This document shows, one piece after another, positions 16,222-29,225 of a stretch of 64,000 nucleotides of DNA. Source of the DNA: Nemertoderma westbladi (taxonomy: Eukaryota; Animalia; Xenacoelomorpha); contig JAUCBJ010007485.1 of the NCBI GenBank assembly GCA_032718475.1, positions 9,293 through 73,292 on the forward strand, read 5' to 3'. Each line of letters opens with the position of its first letter. The stretch's first letter is position 1. Below the pieces are notes generated by a model. That model was given only the letters and a program-made list of their open reading frames with translations. It was not told the DNA's origin and searched no databases. The translations under genes were made by a program, and so were the position numbers.

Positions 16222-18559
16222 GAACCTGTGTCCTAGCGGTAGTCTCGACTACCAACTCGAGGAACCTGTGTCCTAGCGGTAGAGGTTGTTGTCTCGACTA
16301 CCAACTCCTATCCTGTGTCCTAGCGGTAGAGGTTGTTGTCTCGACTACCAACTCGAGGAACCTGTGTCCTAGCGGTAGAGGTTGGTGTCTCGACTACCAA
16401 CTCGAGGAACCTGTGTCCTAGCGGTAGAGGTTGGTGTCTCGACTACCAACTCGAGGAACCTGTGTCCTAGCGGTAGAGGTTGTTGTCTCGACTACCAACT
16501 CGAGGAACCTGTGTCCTAGCGGTAGAGGTTGGTGTCTCGACTACCAACTCGAGGAACCTGTGTCCTAGCGGTAGAGGTTGGTGTCTCGACTACCAACTCG
16601 AGGAACCTGTGTCCTAGCGGTAGAGGTTGGTGTCTCGACTACCAACTCGAGGAACCTGTGTCCTAGCGGTAGAGGTTGGTGTCTCGACTACCAACTCGAG
16701 GAACCTGTGTCCTAGCGGTAGAGGTTGTTGTCTCGACTACCAACTCGAGGAACCTGTGTCCTAGCGGTAGAGGTTGTTGTCTCGACTACCAACTCGAGGA
16801 ACCTGTGTCCTAGCGGTAGAGGTTGGTGTCTCGACTACCAACTCGAGGAACCTGTGTCCTAGCGGTAGAGGTTGGTGTCTCGACTACCAACTCGAGGAAC
16901 CTGTGTCCTAGCGGTAGAGGTTGGTGTCTCGACTACCAACTCGAGGAACCTGTGTCCTAGCGGTAGAGGTTGGTGTCTCGACTACCAACTCGAGGAACCT
17001 GTGTCCTAGCGGTAGAGGTTGGTGTCTCGACTACCAACTCGAGGAACCTGTGTCCTAGCGGTAGAGGTTGGTGTCTCGACTACCAACTCGAGGAACCTGT
17101 GTCCTAGCGGTAGAGGTTGGTGTCTCGACTACCAACTCGAGGAACCTGTGTCCTAGCGGTAGAGGTTGGTGTCTCGACTACCAACTCGAGGAACCTGTGT
17201 CCTAGCGGTAGAGGTTGGTGTCTCGACTACCAACTCGAGGAACCTGTGTCCTAGCGGTAGAGGTTGGTGTCTCGACTACCAACTCGAGGAACCTGTGTCC
17301 TAGCGGTAGAGGTTGGTGTCTCGACTACCAACTCGAGGAACCTGTGTCCTAGCGGTAGAGGTTGGTGTCTCGACTACCAACTCGAGGAACCTGTGTCCTA
17401 GCGGTAGAGGTTGGTGTCTCGACTACCAACTCGAGGAACCTGTGTCCTAGCGGTAGAGGTTGGTGTCTCGACTACCAACTCGAGGAACCTGTGTCCTAGC
17501 GGTAGAGGTTGGTGTCTCGACTACCAACTCGAGGAACCTGTGTCCTAGCGGTAGAGGTTGGTGTCTCGACTACCAACTCGAGGAACCTGTGTCCTAGCGG
17601 TAGAGGTTGGTGTCTCGACTACCAACTCGAGGAACCTGTGTCCTAGCGGTAGAGGTTGGTGTCTCGACTACCAACTCGAGGAACCTGTGTCCTAGCGGTA
17701 GAGGTTGGTGTCTCGACTACCAACTCGAGGAACCTGTGTCCTAGCGGTAGAGGTTGGTGTCTCGACTACCAACTCGAGGAACCTGTGTCCTAGCGGTAGA
17801 GGTTGGTGTCTCGACTACCAACTCGAGGAACCTGTGTCCTAGCGGTAGAGGTTGGTGTCTCGACTACCAACTCGAGGAACCTGTGTCCTAGCGGTAGAGG
17901 TTGGTGTCTCGACTACCAACTCGAGGAACCTGTGTCCTAGCGGTAGAGGTTGGTGTCTCGACTACCAACTCGAGGAACCTGTGTCCTAGCGGTAGAGGTT
18001 GGTGTCTCGACTACCAACTCGAGGAACCTGTGTCCTAGCGGTAGAGGTTGGTGTCTCGACTACCAACTCGAGGAACCTGTGTCCTAGCGGTAGAGGTTGG
18101 TGTCTCGACTACCAACTCGAGGAACCTGTGTCCTAGCGGTAGAGGTTGGTGTCTCGACTACCAACTCGAGGAACCTGTGTCCTAGCGGTAGAGGTTGGTG
18201 TCTCGACTACCAACTCGAGGAACCTGTGTCCTAGCGGTAGAGGTTGGTGTCTCGACTACCAACTCGAGGAACCTGTGTCCTAGCGGTAGAGGTTGGTGTC
18301 TCGACTACCAACTCCTAACCTGTGTCCTAGCGGTAGAGGTTGTTGTCTCGACTACCAACTCGAGGAACCTGTGTCCTAGCGGTAGAGGTTGGTGTCTCGA
18401 CTACCAACTCGCGGAACCTGTGTCCTAGCGGTAGAGGTTGTTGTCTCGACTACCAACTCGAGGAACCTGTGTCCTAGCGGTAGAGGTTGTTGTCTCGACT
18501 ACCAACTCCTATCCTGTGTCCTAGCGGTAGAGGTTGGTGTCTCGACTACCAACTCGAGG
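16222..18559 (+). repeat. 49-bp satellite (GAACCTGTGTCCTAGCGGTAGAGGTTGGTGTCTCGACTACCAACTCGAG), about 47 highly homogeneous units
   Basis: Period 49 (e.g. 16501 and 16550). Each unit has an internal hairpin and an A-box-like TGTCCTAGCGG. Confidence 0.95.
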
Positions 18560-18588
18560 TACCAAGTTCGAATCCGACCAGTAAGGTC
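18513..18588 (+). other. tRNA-like / tRNA-derived SINE head (Pol III type-2 promoter) forming the last unit of the 49-bp array
   Basis: A-box-like TGTCCTAGCGG at 18517-18527 and B-box GTTCGAATCC at 18566-18575, at tRNA-like spacing. No convincing canonical cloverleaf. Confidence 0.6.
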
Positions 18589-18666
18589 AAAACGCGTACG
18601 CGGTTTGGAGAGATATGAATTTCATAATAAAAAATACGCGATTCTTAAAACTTTATATTTTTGCAG

Positions 18667-18836
18667 ACGATACGGGTGCATCGGGCAGTCAAACAGCACG
18701 AAACGCTGTGTTTTCTCGAGCCAAAATGCGGACCTTAAAGATGACCGTGGTTATAGTTGTTTGCTTTCTCATCAACTGGAGTCCATATTACATAATGAGT
18801 ATTATTATTCTCATCAAAGGTCACGGTAATACTGGT
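18667..18836 (+). CDS. GPCR exon D (ICL3-TM6-ECL3)
   Basis: tttttgcag|AC (phase 1, completes GAC); DDTGASGSQTARNAVFSRAKMRTLKMTVVIVVCFLINWSPYYIMSIIILIKGHGNTG. RAKMRTLKMT and WxPYY are typical of GnRH/AKH-type receptors. Donor GGT|gtaagt. Confidence 0.92.
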
Positions 18837-21800
18837 GTAAGTACGATCGTACTACTACTGGCTTACGTACAAGAGCTCATGTTAATAATACTGGCGTACG
18901 TACAAGAGCTCATGTTAATAATACTGGCGTACGTACAAGAGCTCAAATTAATAATACTGGCTTACGTACAAAAGCTCATGTTAATAATACTGGCGTACGT
19001 ACAAGAGCTCATGTTAATAATACTGGCGTACGTACAAGAGCTCATGTTAATAATACTGGCGTACGTACAAGAGCTCATATTAATAATACTGGTGTAAGTA
19101 CGATCGTACTACTACTGGCTTACGTACAAGAGCTCATGTTAATAATACTGTTAATAATACTGCCTGTACAAGAGCTAATATTAATAATACTGGCATACGT
19201 ACAAGAGCTCATATTAATAATACTGGCATACGTACAAGAGCTCATATTAATAATACTGGCGTACGTACAAGAGCTCAAATTAATAATACTGGCGTACGTA
19301 CAAGAGCTCATGGTAATAATACTGGCGTACGTACAAGAGCTCATATTAATAATACTGGTGTACGTACAAGAGCTCATGTTAATAATACTGGCGTACGTAC
19401 AAGAGCTCATGTTAATAATACTGGCGTACGTACAAGAGCTCATATTAATAATACTGGTGTAAGTACGATCGTACTACTACTGGCTTACGTACAAGAGCTC
19501 ATGTTAATAATACTGTTAATAATACTGCCTGTACAAGAGCTAATATTAATAATACTGGCATACGTACAAGAGCTCATATTAATAATACTGGCATACGTAC
19601 AAGAGCTCATATTAATAATACTGGCGTACGTACAAGAGCTCAAATTAATAATACTGGCGTACGTACAAGAGCTCATGGTAATAATACTGGCGTACGTACA
19701 AGAGCTCATATTAATAATACTGGCGTACGTACAAGAGCTCATATTAATAATACTGGCATACGTACAAGAGCTCATATTAATAATACTGGCGTACGTACAA
19801 GAGCTCATATTAATAATACTGGCGTACTTACAAGAACTCATATTAATAATACTGGCGTACGTACAAGAGCTCATATTAATAATACTGGCGTACGTACAAG
19901 AGCTCAAATTAATAATACTGGCGTACGTACAAGAGCTCATATTAATAATACTGGGGTACGTACAAAAGCTCATGTTAATAATACTGGGGTACGTACAAAA
20001 GCTCATGTTAATAATACTGGCGTACGTACAAGAGCTCAAATTAATAATACTGGCGTACTTACAAGAGCTCATGTTAATAATACTGGCGTACGTACAAGAG
20101 CTCATGTTAATAATACTGGCGTACGTACAAGAGCTCATATTAATAATACTGGCGTACGTACAAGAGCTCATATTAATAATACTGGCGTACGTACAAGAGC
20201 TCATGTTAATAATGCTGGCGTACGTACAAGAGCTCATATTAATAATACTGGCGTACGTACAAGAGCTCATGTTAATAATACTGGCGTACGTACAAGAGCT
20301 CAAATTAATAATACTGGCGTACGTACAAGAGCTCATATTAATAATACTGGCGTACGTACAAGAGCTCATATTAATAATACTGGCGTACGTACAAGAGCTC
20401 ATAGTAATAGTACAAGAGCTCATGTTAATAATACTGGCGTACGTACAAGAGCTCATGTTAATAATACTGGCGTACGTACAAGAGCTCATATTAATAGTAC
20501 AAGAGCTCATGTTAATAATACTGGCGTACGTACAAGAGCTCATGTTAATAATACTGGCGTACGTACAAGAGCTCATATTAATAATACTGGCGTACGTACA
20601 AGAGCTCATATTAATAGTACAAGAGCTCATGTTAATAATACTGGCGTACGTACAAGAGCTCATGTTAATAATACTGGCGTACGTACAAGAGCTCATGTTA
20701 ATAATACTGGCGTACGTACAAGAGCTCATATTAATAATACTGGCGTACGTACAAGAGCTCATATTAATAGTACAAGAGCTCATGTTAATAATACTGGCGT
20801 ACGTACAAGAGCTCATGTTAATAATACTGGCGTACGTACAAGAGCTCATGTTAATAATACTGGCGTACGTACAAGAGCTCATATTAATAATACTGGCGTA
20901 CGTACAAGAGCTCATATTAATAATACTGGCGTACGTACAAGAGCTCATGTTAATAATACTGGCGTACGTACAAGAGCTCATATTAATAATACTGGCGTAC
21001 GTACAAGAGCTCATGTTAATAATACTGGCGTACATACAAGAGCTCATATTAATAATACTGGCGTACGTACAAGAGCTCATATTAATAATACTGGCGTACG
21101 TACAAGAGCTCATATTAATAATACTGGCGTACGTACAAGAGCTCATGTTAATAATACTGGCGTACGTACAAGAGCTCATGTTAATAATACTGGCGTACGT
21201 ACAAGAGCTCATATTAATAATACTGGCGTACGTACAAGAGCTCATGTTAATAATACTGGCGTACGTACAAGAGCTCATGTTAATAATACTGGCGTACGTA
21301 CAAGAGCTCATATTAATAATACTGGCGTACGTACAAGAGCTCAAATTAATAATACTGGCGTACGTACAAGAGCTCATATTAATAATACTGGCGTACGTAC
21401 AAGAGCTCATGTTAATAATACTGGCGTACGTACAAGAGCTCATGTTAATAATACTGGCGTACGTACAAGAGCTCAAATTAATAATACTGGCGTACGTACA
21501 AGAGCTCATGTTAATAATACTGGCGTACGTACAAGAGCTCATGTTAATAATACTGGCGTACGTACAAGAGCTCATGTTAATAATACTGGCGTACGTGCAA
21601 GAGCTCAAATTAATAATACTGGCGTACGTACAAGAGCTCATGTTAATAATACTGGCGTACGTACAAGAGCTCATATTAATAATACTGGCGTACGTACAAG
21701 AGCTCATATTAATAATACTGGCGTACGTACAACAGCTCAAATTAATAATACTGGCGTACGTACAAGAGCTCAAATTAATAATACTGGTGTACGTACAAGA

Positions 21801-24800
21801 GCTCATATTAATAATACTGTCGTACGTACAAGAGCTCATATTAATAATACTGGCATACGTACAAGAGCTCATATTAATAATACTGGCGTACGTACAAGAG
21901 CTCATATTAATAATACTGGCGTACGTACAAGAGCTCATATTAATAATACTGGCGTACGTACAAGAGCTCATGTTAATAATACTGGCGTACGTACAAGAGC
22001 TCATGTTAATAATACTGGCGTACGTACAAGAGCTCATATTAATAATACTGGCGTACGTACAAGAGCTCATGTTAATAATACTGGCGTACGTACAAGAGCT
22101 CATATTAATAATACTGGCGTACGTACAAGAGCTCATATTAATAATACTGGCGTACGTACAAGAGCTCATATTAATAATACTGGCGTACGTACAAGAGCTC
22201 AAATTAATAATACTGGCGTACGTACAAGAGCTCAAATTAATAATACTGGCGTACGTACAAGAGCTCATGTTAATAATACTGGCGTACGTACAAGAGCTCA
22301 TGTTAATAATACTGGCGTACGTACAAGAGCTCATGTTAATAATACTGGCGTACGTACAAGAGCTCAAATTAATAATACTGGCGTACGTACAAGAGCTCAT
22401 GTTAATAATACTGGCGTACGTACAAGAGCTCATATTAATAATACTGGCGTACGTACAAGAGCTCATATTAATAATACTGGCGTACGTACTAGAGCTCATA
22501 TTAATAATACTGTCGTACGTACAAGAGCTCATATTAATAATACTGGCGTACGTACAAGAGCTCATATTAATAATACTGGCGTACGTACAAGAGCTCATAT
22601 TAATAATACTGGCGTACGTACAAGAGCTCATATTAATAATACTGGCGTATGTACAAGAGCTCATTTTAATAATACTGGCGTACGTACAAGAGCTCATATT
22701 AATAATGCTGGCGTACGTACAAGAGCTCATATTAATAATACTGGCGTACGTACAAGAGCTCATATTAATAATACTGGCGTACGTACAACAGCTCAAATTA
22801 ATAATAGTGGCGTACGTACAAGAGCTCAAATTAATAATACTGGCGTACGTACAAGAGCTCATGTTAATAATACTGGCGTACGTACAAGAGCTCATGTTAA
22901 TAATACTGGCGTACGTACAAGAGCTCATATTAATAATACTGTCGTACGTACAAGAGCTCATATTAATAATACTGGCATACGTACAAGAGCTCATATTAAT
23001 AATACTGGCGTACGTACAAGAGCTAATGTTAATAATACTGGCGTACGTACAAGAGCTCATATTAATAATACTGGCGTACGTACAAGAGCTCATGTTAATA
23101 ATACTGGCGTACGTACAAGAGCTCATGTTAATAATACTGGCGTACGTACAAGAGCTCATGTTAATAATACTGGCGTACGTACAAGAGCTCATATTAATAA
23201 TACTGTCGTACGTACAAGAGCTCATATTAATAATACTGGCATACGTACAAGAGCTCATATTAATAATACTGGCGTACGTACAAGAGCTAATGTTAATAAT
23301 ACTGGCGTACGTACAAGAGCTCATATTAATAATACTGGCGTACGTACAAGAGCTCATATTAATAATACTGGCGTACGTACAAGAGCTCATATTAATAATA
23401 CTGGCGTACGTACAAGAGCTCATGTTAATAATACTGGCGTACGTACAAGAGCTCATGTTAATAATACTGGCGTACGTACAAGAGCTCATGTTAATAATAC
23501 TGGCGTACGTACAAGAGCTCATGTTAATGATACTGGCGTACGTACAAGAGCTCATGTTAATAATACTGGCGTACGTACAAGAGCTCATGTTAATAATACT
23601 GGCGTACGTACAAGAGCTCATATTAATAATACTGTCGTACGTACAAGAGCTCATATTAATAATACTGGCATACGTACAAGAGCTCATATTAATAATACTG
23701 GCGTACGTACAAGAGCTAATGTTAATAATACTGGCGTACGTACAAGAGCTCAAATTAATAATACTGGCGTACTTACAAGAGCTCATTTTAATAATACTGG
23801 CGTACGTACAAGAGCTAATGTTAACAATACTGGCGTACGTACAAGAGCTCAAATTAATAATACTGGCGTACGTACAAGAGCTCAAATTAATAATACTGGC
23901 GTACGTACAAGAGCTCATATTAATAATACTGGCGTACGTACAAGAGCTCATGTTAATAATACTGGCGTACGTACAAGAGCTCATATTAATAATACTGGCG
24001 TACGTACAAGAGCTCATATTAATAATACTGGCGTACGTACAAGAGCTAATGTTAATAATACTGGCGTACGTACAAGAGCTCATGTTAATAATACTGGCGT
24101 ACGTACAAGAGCTCATGTTAATAATACTGGCGTACGTACAAGAGCTCATATTAATAATACTGGCGTACGTACAAGAGCTCATATTAATAATACTGGCGTA
24201 CGTACAAGAGCTCAAATTAATAATACTGGCGTACTTACAAGAGCTCATTTTAATAATACTGGCGTACGTACAAGAGCTCATGTTAATAATACTGGCGTAC
24301 GTACAAGAGCTCATGTTAATAATACTGGCGTACGTACAAGAGCTCATATTAATAATACTGGCGTACGTACAAGAGCTCAAATTAATAATACTGGCGTACT
24401 TACAAGAGCTCATTTTAATAATACTGGCGTACGTACAAGAGCTAATGTTAACAATACTGGCGTACGTACAAGAGCTCAAATTAATAATACTGGCGTACGT
24501 ACAAGAGCTCAAATTAATAATACTGGCGTACGTACAAGAGCTCATATTAATAATACTGGCGTACGTACAAGAGCTCATGTTAATAATACTGGCGTACGTA
24601 CAAGAGCTCATATTAATAATACTGGCGTACGTACAAGAGCTCATATTAATAATACTGGCGTACGTACAAGAGCTCATGGTAATAATACTGGCGTACATAC
24701 AAGAGCTCATATTAATAATACTGTCGTACGTACAAGAGCTCATGTTAATAATACTGGCGTACGTACAAGAGCTCGTATTAATAATACTGGCGTACGTACA

Positions 24801-27800
24801 AGAGCTCATGTTAATAATACTGTCGTACGTACAAGAACTCATGTTAATAATACTGGCGTACGTACAAGAGCTAATGTTAATAATACTGGCGTACGTACAA
24901 GAGCTCATGTTAATAATACTGGCGTACGTACAAGAGCTCATATTAATAATACTGGCGTACGTACAAGAGCTCATATTAATAATACTGGCGTACGTACAAG
25001 AGCTCAAATTAATAATACTGGCGTACTTACAAGAGCTCATTTTAATAATACTGGCGTACGTACAAGAGCTCATGTTAATAATACTGGCGTACGTACAAGA
25101 GCTCAAATTAATAATACTGGCGTACTTACAAGAGCTCATTTTAATAATACTGGCGTACTTACAAGAGCTCATTTTAATAATACTGGCGTACGTACAAGAG
25201 CTCATGTTAATAATACTGGCGTACGTACAAGAGCTCATTTTAATAATACTGGCGTACTTACAAGAGCTCATTTTAATAATACTGGCGTACGTACAAGAAC
25301 TCATGTTAATAATACTGGCGTACGTACAAGAGCTAATGTTAATAATACTGGCGTACGTACAAGAGCTCATGTTAATAATACTGGCGTACGTACAAGAGCT
25401 CATGTTAATAATACTGGCGTACGTACAAGAGCTCATATTAATAATACTGGCGTACGTACAAGAGCTCATATTAATAATACTGGCGTACGTACAAGAGCTC
25501 AAATTAATAATACTGGCGTACTTACAAGAGCTCATTTTAATAATACTGGCGTACGTACAAGAGCTCATGTTAATAATACTGGCGTACGTACAAGAGCTCA
25601 AATTAATAATACTGGCGTACTTACAAGAGCTCATTTTAATAATACTGGCGTACTTACAAGAGCTCATTTTAATAATACTGGCGTACGTACAAGAGCTCAT
25701 GTTAATAATACTGGCGTACGTACAAGAGCTCATATTAATAATACTGGCGTACGTACAAGAGCTCAAATTAATAATACTGGCGTACGTACAAGAGCTAATG
25801 TTAACAATACTGGCGTACGTACAAGAGCTCAAATTAATAATACTGGCGTACGTACAAGAGCTCAAATTAATAATACTGGCGTACTTACAAGAGCTCATAT
25901 TAATAATACTGGCGTACGTACAAGAGCTCATATTAATAATACTGGCGTACGTACAAGAGCTCATGTTAATAATACTGGTGTACGTACAAGAGCTCATGTT
26001 AAAAATACTGGCGTACGTACAAGAGCTCAAATTAATAATACTGGCGTACTTACAAGAGCTCATATTAATAATACTGGCGTACGTACAAGAGCTCATATTA
26101 ATAATACTGGCGTACGTACAAGAGCTCATGTTAATAATACTGGTGTACGTACAAGAGCTCATGTTAATAATACTGGCGTACGTACAAGAGCTCATATTAA
26201 TAATACTGGCGTACGTACAAGAGCTAATGTTAATAATACTGGCGTACGTACAAGAGCTCATGTTAATAATACTGGCGTACGTACAAGAGCTCATGTTAAT
26301 AATACTGGCGTACGTACAAGAGCTCATATTAATAATACTGGCGTACGTACAAGAGCTAATGTTAATAATACTGGCGTACGTACAAGAGCTCATATTAATA
26401 ATACTGGCGTACGTACAAGAGCTCATGTTAATAATACTGGCGTACGTACAAGAGCTCATGTTAATAATACTGGCGTACGTACAAGAGCTCAAATTAATAA
26501 TACTGGCGTACGTACAAGAGCTCAAATTAATAATACTGGCGTACTTACAAGAGCTCATGTTAATAATACTGGCGTACGTACAAGAGCTCATATTAATAAT
26601 ACTGGCGTACGTACAAGAGCTCATATTAATAATACTGGCGTACGTACAAGAGCTCAAATTAATAATACTGGCGTACGTACAAGAGCTAATGTTAATAATA
26701 CTGGCGTACGTACAAGAGCTCATGTTAATAATACTGGCGTACGTACAAGAGCTAATGTTAATAATACTGGCGTACGTACAAGAGCTCATGTTAATAATGC
26801 TGGCGTACGTACAAGAGCTCAAATTAATAATACTGGCGTACTTACAAGAGCTCATATTAATAATACTGGCGTACGTACAAGAGCTCATATTAATAATACT
26901 GGCGTACGTACAAGAGCTCATATTAATAATACTGGCGTACGTACAAGAGCTCATGTTAATAATACTGGCGTACGTACAAGAGCTCATGTTAATAATACTG
27001 GCGTACGTACAAGAGCTCATGTTAATAATACTGGCGTACGTACAAGAGCTCATATTAATAATACTGGCGTACGTACAAGAGCTCATATTAATAATACTGG
27101 CGTACGTACAAGAGCTCATGTTAATAATACTGGCGTACGTACAAGAGCTCATATTAATAATACTGGCGTACGTACAAGAGCTCATGTTAATAATACTGGC
27201 GTACGTACAAGAGCTCATATTAATAATACTGGCGTACGTACAAGAGCTCATGTTAATAATACTGGCGTACGTACAAGAGCTAATGTTAATAATACTGGCG
27301 TACGTACAAGAGCTCATATTAATAATACTGGCGTACGTACAAGAGCTCATATTAATAATACTGGCGTACGTACAAAAGCTCATATTAATAATACTGGCGT
27401 ACGTACAAAAGCTCATATTAATAATACTGGCGTACGTACAAGAGCTCATGTTAATAATACTGGCGTACGTACAAGAGCTCAAATTAATAATACTGGCGTA
27501 CGTACAAGAGCTCATATTAATAATACTGGCGTACGTACAAGAGCTCATATTAATAATACTGGCGTACGTACAAGAGCTCATATTAATAATACTGGCGTAC
27601 GTACAAAAGCTCATATTAATAATACTGGCGTACGTACAAGAGCTCATGTTAATAATACTGGCGTACGTACAAGAGCTCATGTTAATAATACTGGCGTACG
27701 TACAAGAGCTCGTATTAATAATACTGGCGTACGTACAAGAGCTCAAATTAACAATACTGGCGTACGTACAAGAGCTCATGTTAATAATACTGGCGTACGT

Positions 27801-28780
27801 ACAAGAGCTCATATTAATAATACTGGCGTACGTACAAGAGCTCAAATTAATAGTACTGGCGTACGTACAAGAGCTCATATTAATAATACTGGCGTACGTA
27901 CAAGAGCTCATGTTAATAATACTGGCGTACGGATAAGATCTCATATTAATAATACTGGCGTACGTACAAGAGCTCATGTTAATAATACTGGCGTACGTAC
28001 AAGAGCTCATATTAATAATAATGGCGTACGTACAAGAGCTCATATTAATAATACTGGCGTACGTACAAGAGCTCATATTAATAATACTGGCGTACGTACA
28101 AAAGCTCATATTAATAATACTGGCGTACGTACAAGAGCTCATGTTAATAATACTGGCGTACGTACAAGAGCTCATGTTAATAATGCTGGCGTACGTACAA
28201 GAGCTCATGTTAATAATACTGGCGTACGTACAAGAGCTCATGTTAATAATACTGGCGTACGTACAAGAGCTCATGTTAATAATACTGGCGTACGTACAAG
28301 AGCTCATGTTAATAATACTGGCGTACGTACAAGAGCTCATATTAATAATACTGGCGTACGTACAAGAGCTCATATTAATAATACTGGCGTACGTACAAGA
28401 GCTCATGTTAATAATACTGGCGTACGTACAAGAGCTCATATTAATAATACTGGCGTACGTACAAGAGCTCATGTTAATAATACTGGCGTACGTACAAGAG
28501 CTCATATTAATAATACTGGCGTACGTACAAGAGCTCATATTAATAATACTGGCGTACGTACAAGAGCTCATGTTAATAATACTGGCGTACGTACAAGAGC
28601 TCATATTAATAATACTGGCGTACGTACAAGAGCTCATGTTAATAATACTGGCGTACGTACAAGAGCTCATATTAATAATACTGGCGTACGTACAAGAGCT
28701 CATATTAATAATACTGGCGTACGTACAAGAGCTCATGTTAATAATACTGGCGTACGTACAAGAGCTCATATTAATAATAC
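18814..28780. repeat. 33-bp satellite (AAGAGCTCATRTTAATAATACTGGCGTACGTAC), about 10 kb and about 300 units, continuous with the end of exon D
   Basis: Fills almost all of intron D-E. The 2811-aa and 3125-aa ORFs are translations of it. Confidence 0.97.
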
Positions 28781-29060
28781 GGTTTATACCCAGTAAACGT
28801 CTCATTCCTCTTATGATTCCTCTCCTGATTACATTTACATAACATAGGACTACACAATACACACCGAAAGAAGTCCTTCTTCAGCAGAGACTTCTTTCGG
28901 AAACATACGCAAACCCTAAGTTTTCTGTACACAAAAACCCTAATGGCAGAACGGTATAATGTTGTTCTATTCGTTTTATAGGTCCTGTTCTGTATGGAAT
29001 TTATGATATTTTATTTATGTTTTGGTCGATTAACAAGTTAACTAAATGGTTCTGTTGTAG

Positions 29061-29225
29061 ATTCCTGGGGTGGTTCAGACGATTTTATTTCTCTTTGGGT
29101 GGTCTAACGCGATAGCCAATCCCGTAATCTACGGAATACTGAGCGGTATCAGAAGAAGAGCAACACCCAACCGCAGAGGGGTTGGGGGTGGAGGACGAAC
29201 GGGGAACGCAGCCAATAGGAAGGGA
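29061..29225 (+). CDS. GPCR exon E (TM7-helix 8-proximal C-tail)
   Basis: tctgttgtag|ATT; IPGVVQTILFLFGWSNAIANPVIYGILSGIRRRATPNRRGVGGGGRTGNAANRKG with NPxxY; donor GGA|gtaagt, phase 0. Confidence 0.9.

Noticed and set aside
16222-18559. CRISPR-like array of hairpin repeats
   Set aside because: Units are head-to-tail with no unique spacers, there are no cas genes, and the context is a eukaryotic intron.
18513-18588. Functional tRNA gene
   Set aside because: A and B boxes are present, but the T-stem, acceptor stem and anticodon loop do not fit a canonical cloverleaf.
19120-28862. Giant 2811-aa and 3125-aa repetitive ORFs on both strands
   Set aside because: A stop-free 33-bp monomer is automatically open in some frames, and the region lies between phase-matched GPCR exons.
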